NCBI GenBank assembly: GCA_965216565.1
Contig: OZ244170.1
Location: forward strand, 3,712,001-3,776,000
Reading direction: 5' to 3'
Origin: Bythopirellula sp.
GTDB lineage: Bacteria > Planctomycetota > Planctomycetia > Pirellulales > Lacipirellulaceae
DNA: 64,000 nt
The translations under genes and the position numbers were made by a program. How positions within the stretch are numbered: the first letter of the stretch is position 1; each line of letters opens with the position of its first letter. Below, in pieces: positions 58,917 to 64,000 of this stretch. A model generated the notes under the pieces. The model was not told the origin of the DNA. It worked only from the letters and a program-made list of their open reading frames with translations, and made no database searches.

Positions 58917-59010
58917 TTGGAAGCAATTAGCTTTCAGCATTCAGCTGTCAGCTATCCTCGTTCTTAAATTTCAACCCGGCGTCCGCTGACAGCTGATCGC
59001 TGAAAGCTAC
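58917..59010. repeat. Heptamer-arm hairpin (TCAGC/GCTGA core)
   Basis: ATTAGCT TTCAGCA TTCAGCT GTCAGCT ... CGCTGAC AGCTGAT CGCTGAA AGCTA. Confidence 0.9.
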
Positions 59011-59712
59011 CTACAGTTTGTTAGTTTGTTGTACGACCACATACCCACCGTTGGGGCCAGGAACAGCACCGCGGATGAGCAATAAGTTGTTTTCGGCATC
59101 GATTCCAGCCAGCTTTTGATTGCGGACCGTGCATCTCTTGTTGCCATACTGGCCCGGCATCCGGATTCCCTTGAACAATCGACTCGGCGATGCGCTGCAG
59201 CCAGTGCCACCCATATGACGGTGACATTTCTTCACACCATGGGATGCACGCTGTCCGGCAAAGTTGTGTCGCTTCATCGCACCGGAAAAACCGCGACCCT
59301 TGCTGGTGGCCACTACGTCTACGGCCTTGATGCCCTCGAAGGCGTCGACCTTAACTTCGGAGCCAATTTCCAACTCTCCGGCACTTCCACGGACTTCGCG
59401 GACGAATCGCTTTGGTTCGCAACCGGCTTTCTCAACCGGCTCAACCCCGGCGGCACTCCGTTTTTTACTGCGCTTGCTATCGAGTTTGGCGACCTGCCCC
59501 CGCTGACTGCGACTGGCCAAGCGGCGCGGCTTATCGAGATAGCCCAATTGAACGGCTTCGTAGCCATCGCGTTCCGGGGTGCGAATCTGCAAGACGTTGC
59601 ATGGCCCCGCCTCGACGACGGTTACCGGCACGATCTTTCCTTCTTCGCTGAATATCTGCGTCATCCCGACCTTGCGGCCCAAAATACCGACGACGCTCGT
59701 GCCATCTGCCAT
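59011..59712 (-). CDS. rplC: 50S ribosomal protein L3
   Basis: GRKVGMTQ, SKGRGF.G..KRH and GAVPG motifs. Confidence 0.98.
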   Translation of the reverse strand: MADGTSVVGILGRKVGMTQIFSEEGKIVPVTVVEAGPCNVLQIRTPERDGYEAVQLGYLDKPRRLASRSQRGQVAKLDSKRSKKRSAAGVEPVEKAGCEPKRFVREVRGSAGELEIGSEVKVDAFEGIKAVDVVATSKGRGFSGAMKRHNFAGQRASHGVKKCHRHMGGTGCSASPSRLFKGIRMPGQYGNKRCTVRNQKLAGIDAENNLLLIRGAVPGPNGGYVVVQQTNKL

Positions 59713-59883
59713 AGTAACGATCCCCAATGAAACGCTTGCAACGCGGGAGACACTCGCCGTGGCGAGGCTTACCCACGCAACTTCCTATCATTTGATTTGT
59801 ATGTATCTCTGCTTGTGGTTAAAACCGCCGCATAAACGAATGAGCGGCAAGCCAAAAATACGCCTGGCTAGCACTTACGCGTA

Positions 59884-60207
59884 CTAACCGCTTGTTGCTT
59901 TAATCTTGATATCGACACCCGCAGGCAAACTCAACTTATTCAAGGCTTCGATCGTTTTGGCCGTTGCTTGAACAATGTCGATCAACCGCTTGTGAGTGCG
60001 GATCTCGAATTGGTGACGTGCCTTCTTGTCGACGTGAGGTCCCGAAAGCACCGTGTACCGTTCGATCCGGGTCGGCAGCGGAATGGGTCCGTGCACAACC
60101 GAGTTGGTCCGTTTGGCCGTGTCCACAATCTCTGCAGCGCTCTGATCAAGCACCGAGTGATCGTAGGCTTCCATACGGATTCGAATTACTTCCTTATCTG
60201 CTGCCAC
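59884..60207 (-). CDS. rpsJ: 30S ribosomal protein S10
   Basis: [17 protein letters not shown] and [13 protein letters not shown] start. Confidence 0.98.
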   Translation of the reverse strand: MAADKEVIRIRMEAYDHSVLDQSAAEIVDTAKRTNSVVHGPIPLPTRIERYTVLSGPHVDKKARHQFEIRTHKRLIDIVQATAKTIEALNKLSLPAGVDIKIKATSG

Positions 60208-60560
60208 GTGATCGCTCGCTCCAGCACTGCTGGAATTCGTTGCTCGGGAACCAAATATCAAAGAACAAGGTTCGCCCCTGTAAACAGTGACGAATCGCAA
60301 ATTCTAAACCTCATCCCAAAGAGCGTCAATGGCCCGAATTGTGAGTTCAGCCCGATTTTTCGAGTTTCGAGAGCAGGGCCCTTTTGCCAGTCCAAATCCC
60401 GCTCCGAATCAGTGCGTCTAACGGCAGAATGGGCAAACCCTACCGATCGTCCCAGCAGTCCAGGTTCGGCTCTCAATGCGACATGACTGGCACTTCCCAA
60501 CGGCTCCACTAGAATCAGCCCTAGGCGTTTCTCTTTCCATCTCTTACCCCGCGCATTCGT

Positions 60561-61337
60561 ATGAACAAGCCCGAATCGTCCCCCGCAACCGGCAACCGGC
60601 GCCAATTCGTCCTCGGGACCGCCGGGCTGGGGGCCGTCACCTGGGCTACCTTGGCTGCGGAAACCAGTGCCAAAGAGCATCCCGGCCACGCCCACCTCAT
60701 TGAGCCGGGCAGCACCGTCCTGCTGCAAGGGGACTCGATCACCGACACCAAGCGCGACCGCGCCACCGCGGACAAGCCCAATCATCAGCCGGCCCTGGGG
60801 AAAGGCTACGCTTGGCTTTCCGCTGCCCAATTGCTCGTCGCTCGGCCGGACGACGATTTGAAATTCTTCAACCGGGGCATCAGCGGCCACAAGGTTTTTC
60901 AATTGGCCGAGCGCTGGCAGGAAGATTGCCTCGACCTCAAGCCCGATGTGCTAAGCATCCTCATCGGCGTGAACGACATCTGGCACAAGCTCAGTGGCAA
61001 ATACGACGGCACCGTGGCCGTCTACGAGAAAGACTATCACGCTCTACTCAAACGGACTAAAGCAGCCCTGCCCGAGGTGAAACTTGTGGTTTGCGAGCCA
61101 TTCGTCCTTCGTTGCGGTGCGGTCGACGACAGTTGGTTCCCCGAGTTCGACGAATACCGCGCTGCCGCGAAGCGAGTCGCAGACGAAGCAGGCGCCGTTT
61201 TCGTACCGTTCCAAGCGATGTTCGATCGGGCGATAAACTACGCCCCGCCAGAACATTGGGCAAAAGATGGCGTGCATCCCACCTCACACGGAGCGGCACT
61301 CATGGCCAGCACCTGGGTTGATGCGGTCTCGGGGTAG
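60561..61337 (+). CDS. SGNH/GDSL hydrolase with Tat signal peptide
   Basis: NRRQFV leader; GDSIT, NRGISG, GVND and DGVH motifs. Confidence 0.92.
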   Translation: MNKPESSPATGNRRQFVLGTAGLGAVTWATLAAETSAKEHPGHAHLIEPGSTVLLQGDSITDTKRDRATADKPNHQPALGKGYAWLSAAQLLVARPDDDLKFFNRGISGHKVFQLAERWQEDCLDLKPDVLSILIGVNDIWHKLSGKYDGTVAVYEKDYHALLKRTKAALPEVKLVVCEPFVLRCGAVDDSWFPEFDEYRAAAKRVADEAGAVFVPFQAMFDRAINYAPPEHWAKDGVHPTSHGAALMASTWVDAVSG

Positions 61338-61362
61338 TGGATAGAAGACAAGCTGCATTGCT

Positions 61363-61422
61363 GTAGCTGGATTCGCAAGAATTCAGCCAATCAACGCTCT
61401 GAATTCTTGCGAATCCAGCTAC
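61363..61422. repeat. GTAG-ended perfect inverted repeat between convergent genes
   Basis: GTAGCTGGATTCGCAAGAATTCAG - 12 nt - CTGAATTCTTGCGAATCCAGCTAC. Confidence 0.9.
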
Positions 61423-61450
61423 GGAAAACCTTAGATCCTCTTGCCGGCTG

Positions 61451-62890
61451 TCAGTTGTCAGTCTCTGGATTCTCGACTCTCAACTCTTGACTAGCAAGCT
61501 TCTGCAGCATCTCGTTCTTCTCGAGACGGAATTGATAGCTCTGATCACTAGGATCAAGCTGCACTGCCCGCCGCAAGTGAGGTTCGCCCCGGTCAAACTG
61601 CCAATCGCGGCAATAGGCACTTCCCAAATTGCAGTGAGCCCGCGCGTTGTGGGGAGCCGTCTCCAGGACGTTCTGCCACATGGCGATCGGATCGCAATAC
61701 AGTTCGTTGCGGCTCACCGTGAGTGCCACCAGCAGCGAGGCGGCGCTTACTACTGCCAGTGCCGGTGCCAATCGCCACGGCACCCAGCGATCCAGCACAT
61801 ACCAGCTCGCAAGCACCACCAAGGCGGTGATTGCTGCCAGTGCTAAGTACATTCGATGTTCAAAAGCACGATCTTCGATTGGCATGATGCTCGATGTCGG
61901 TGCCAAAACCAAGAAGAACGCCAGTCCCAGCATGGCAAGCCGTGGCCACTTGCTCCAAGCGAAACCGCAAGCACCAAGCAGACCTAAGACCAGCAGACCG
62001 GGCAGTGCTGCGTCGGCAAACTCATCGACCAACGGCCACCCGTAATCCAAACACTGACCCAAAGGCAGCACGGCAAGTTTTAAATAATGCAGAATCACCC
62101 CCGCCTGGGTCATCAGGTATTGCCAGGGAGTCACTTCTTCCAATTGAAAACCTGCCGACACTCGACCATCCGCCGAGGGCCCTCCGGCAAGCACAAGCCC
62201 CATCCAAATCACAACCGGGGCCATGGCCAGGTAGATTCCCCAACGCTTCTGCCAAACTTCTCGCCAACTACCGGCGAGGAAAGCTCGATCGTAAAGCAAT
62301 AGCACCAAGGGCGCGGTCACAATGATTTCCTTCGTCGCCACACCGAACCAAAAGCTCGATACCGCGAGCAAACACCAGGCAGGCCTTCTCGCAGAAACTC
62401 CCCGCAACACACAGTACAGGCACCCCAGATAGAAGAAGCTCACCAACGATTCCAAACGCTGAATAACGTAGGTGACACTCTCGGTCTGTAGCGGATGCAC
62501 TAACCAAAATAGTGCGATCGCAAACGCGAGTGGTCCGCTGCTACGCTGCAATCGAGCATCGACTCCTGGCAATCGAAGCGTGCGTCGCACCAAGTCGAAC
62601 AGCAGCAATCCTACGCTCAGATGGATCAACAAATTCACGACGTGATAACCAAATGGGTCGAGCCCGCCGATCTTGTAATTCAGCCAGAGCGACAGCCTTC
62701 CAATGTGCCGCCGCTGCAGTCCATGGGGAATCTCCTCTGCCGCAGGCCACAGCTGGCCGATTGTCTCGTTGCCAATGACGCAACCGTAGTCGTCAAGAAA
62801 GTACTGGCCACCGAAGCTATTGCCGTAAGCCAGCAGCGTGACCGCCACCAGGCCGAGCATGAAGATTCTGGTCTGTTTGCGCTCGCTCAT
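61451..62890 (-). CDS. TMTC-like GT-C membrane glycosyltransferase with C-terminal TPR
   Basis: FLDD after TM1, YHVVNLLIH, HPLQTESV, KE, EHRMYL; C-terminal TPR; start re-chosen at ATGA overlap. Confidence 0.8.
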   Translation of the reverse strand: MSERKQTRIFMLGLVAVTLLAYGNSFGGQYFLDDYGCVIGNETIGQLWPAAEEIPHGLQRRHIGRLSLWLNYKIGGLDPFGYHVVNLLIHLSVGLLLFDLVRRTLRLPGVDARLQRSSGPLAFAIALFWLVHPLQTESVTYVIQRLESLVSFFYLGCLYCVLRGVSARRPAWCLLAVSSFWFGVATKEIIVTAPLVLLLYDRAFLAGSWREVWQKRWGIYLAMAPVVIWMGLVLAGGPSADGRVSAGFQLEEVTPWQYLMTQAGVILHYLKLAVLPLGQCLDYGWPLVDEFADAALPGLLVLGLLGACGFAWSKWPRLAMLGLAFFLVLAPTSSIMPIEDRAFEHRMYLALAAITALVVLASWYVLDRWVPWRLAPALAVVSAASLLVALTVSRNELYCDPIAMWQNVLETAPHNARAHCNLGSAYCRDWQFDRGEPHLRRAVQLDPSDQSYQFRLEKNEMLQKLASQELRVENPETDN

Positions 62891-64000
62891 CTTGCCTGCT
62901 CCTGCAATTCGAGTTTTCGCATCGCGGAGGTAGCAGGTATGCCACTTGTCTTTTCGAGGTCCGCCGAGAAATCTGGCTGAGCATTCGCACGCCACTGCAG
63001 TTCGGTCTGTTGCCCGTGTGTCGACAGACGTTTCCAGAGCGGTTCCGACGGCACGCGACGAATATCCTCGTGCACAGCCGACAGCAGCAACTGAAAACCC
63101 AAGATAATCATCATCGCGGGGATCACCACCGTTCCGGTAGGAGCACCAACGCCCGCCCAGGCGTACATGAGCCAGTTGACTCCGCCATAGCCCATGCCCC
63201 CGCCCGCCAGCATAATCCCGGCCAGCAGATAGACGCTCTGCAGATTGAAATCGTAAATGAAGTTCTTCAGCCACAGCCGCCGTCCCAAACAGCGGGTAAG
63301 TTTCCCGGGAAACTCCTTGAGCACTTTGCGAATCGACAGGTGCGAAGTCTCCGCCCCGTAGCGAGCCGCCATCGGCACGTCCACCACCACCGCCTCCAGC
63401 AAATTCAACTCCGCCAGCAGCGAGGTCTCGAAGAAGAACGAGTTTTGTAATTTGTCTAGCGGCACACGGTTCAGCACATCACCGCGAATGGCCACGTAGC
63501 CATTGCAGGGATCAAAGCAATTCCAGTAGCCGACGGCCGCTTTGGTGAGAAAGCTCAGCATCAGGTTACCCGTCCGCCGTAGCGGCGGCATCGCGTCGAG
63601 GGCCGCGAAGTCGCGGAAGCGGTTGCCTTTGGCAAAGTCGCCGCGGCCGGCAAGCAACGGCTGCACGAGCGCTGGTAAATCGTCTACCGACATCTGAGCG
63701 TCGGCATCCATCTTCACCACGATATCGGCACCCAATTTCAGCGCCCGGCGAAATCCGGTCACCATCGCTGCACCCACGCCGCGATTGGTATCGTGCGCGA
63801 TAAGTTCGATGCGCGGATCGACTAACTCCATCGACTCCACCAACTCCGCAGTCTCGTCGGAACTGCCATCGTCGACGACTACCACGGTCTGTACACATTC
63901 AGGAATGGTGGTCAGCACGTCGAGGATTTGCGCCGCTTCGTTATACGCGGGCACCACGACCACAATGTAAGGTGCGGTCGGTTCGTCGCGTTCGGCTGTA
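62887..64000 (-). CDS. GT2 glycosyltransferase, polyprenol-phosphate sugar synthase-like (5' truncated by window edge)
   Basis: VVVPAYNE, VVDDGSSD, NRGVGAA, MDAD; two C-terminal TM helices; frame open to the window end. Confidence 0.88.
   Translation of the reverse strand, partial: TAERDEPTAPYIVVVVPAYNEAAQILDVLTTIPECVQTVVVVDDGSSDETAELVESMELVDPRIELIAHDTNRGVGAAMVTGFRRALKLGADIVVKMDADAQMSVDDLPALVQPLLAGRGDFAKGNRFRDFAALDAMPPLRRTGNLMLSFLTKAAVGYWNCFDPCNGYVAIRGDVLNRVPLDKLQNSFFFETSLLAELNLLEAVVVDVPMAARYGAETSHLSIRKVLKEFPGKLTRCLGRRLWLKNFIYDFNLQSVYLLAGIMLAGGGMGYGGVNWLMYAWAGVGAPTGTVVIPAMMIILGFQLLLSAVHEDIRRVPSEPLWKRLSTHGQQTELQWRANAQPDFSADLEKTSGIPATSAMRKLELQEQAR

Noticed and set aside
52164..59010. Recurring intergenic repeats as a possible CRISPR array
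   Set aside because: Units are 7 nt, degenerate and separated by whole genes; there is no repeat-spacer array and no cas gene.
62891..63274. Long 5' extension of the TMTC-like ORF
   Set aside because: It overlaps the GT2 gene; the ATGA-coupled start at 62890 precedes TM1 and is more plausible.

Overview
Bacterial window, most likely Planctomycetota of the Pirellulales/Lacipirellulaceae type. This is inferred from a DUF1559 prepilin-type protein, a planctomycete 'E.LE.R.ML' extracellular leader, a PEP-CTERM protein and the absence of L30. About 43.0-60.2 kb is the S10-spc-alpha ribosomal protein cluster on the minus strand (rpsJ to rplQ, with secY, adk, map, rpoA). The rest is housekeeping genes (aceE/aceF, sufU/sufS, fba, rpmA-obgE-coaX-mnmE-like, arsC) plus secreted or membrane proteins of unknown function. 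I saw no rRNA, tRNA, CRISPR array, transposase or integrase. The most striking unexplained signal is non-coding. Many intergenic spacers, especially junctions inside the r-protein operon, are filled by hairpins whose arms are built of tandem 7-, 8- or 9-nt micro-repeats in inverted orientation. At least four further REP/MITE-like palindrome families are present. Some of these repeats supply stop codons or C-terminal tails of genes. Protein-level oddities include an RNase HII-like protein with altered GRG and catalytic motifs, an MnmE-like GTPase without the C-terminal CxGK, an L17 with large insertions, a 62-bp rpsC/rplP overlap, and a GT2 gene coupled to a TMTC-like GT-C gene. All calls come from reading motifs by eye; no database search was run. 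Start codons were re-chosen where the ORF track overextends.
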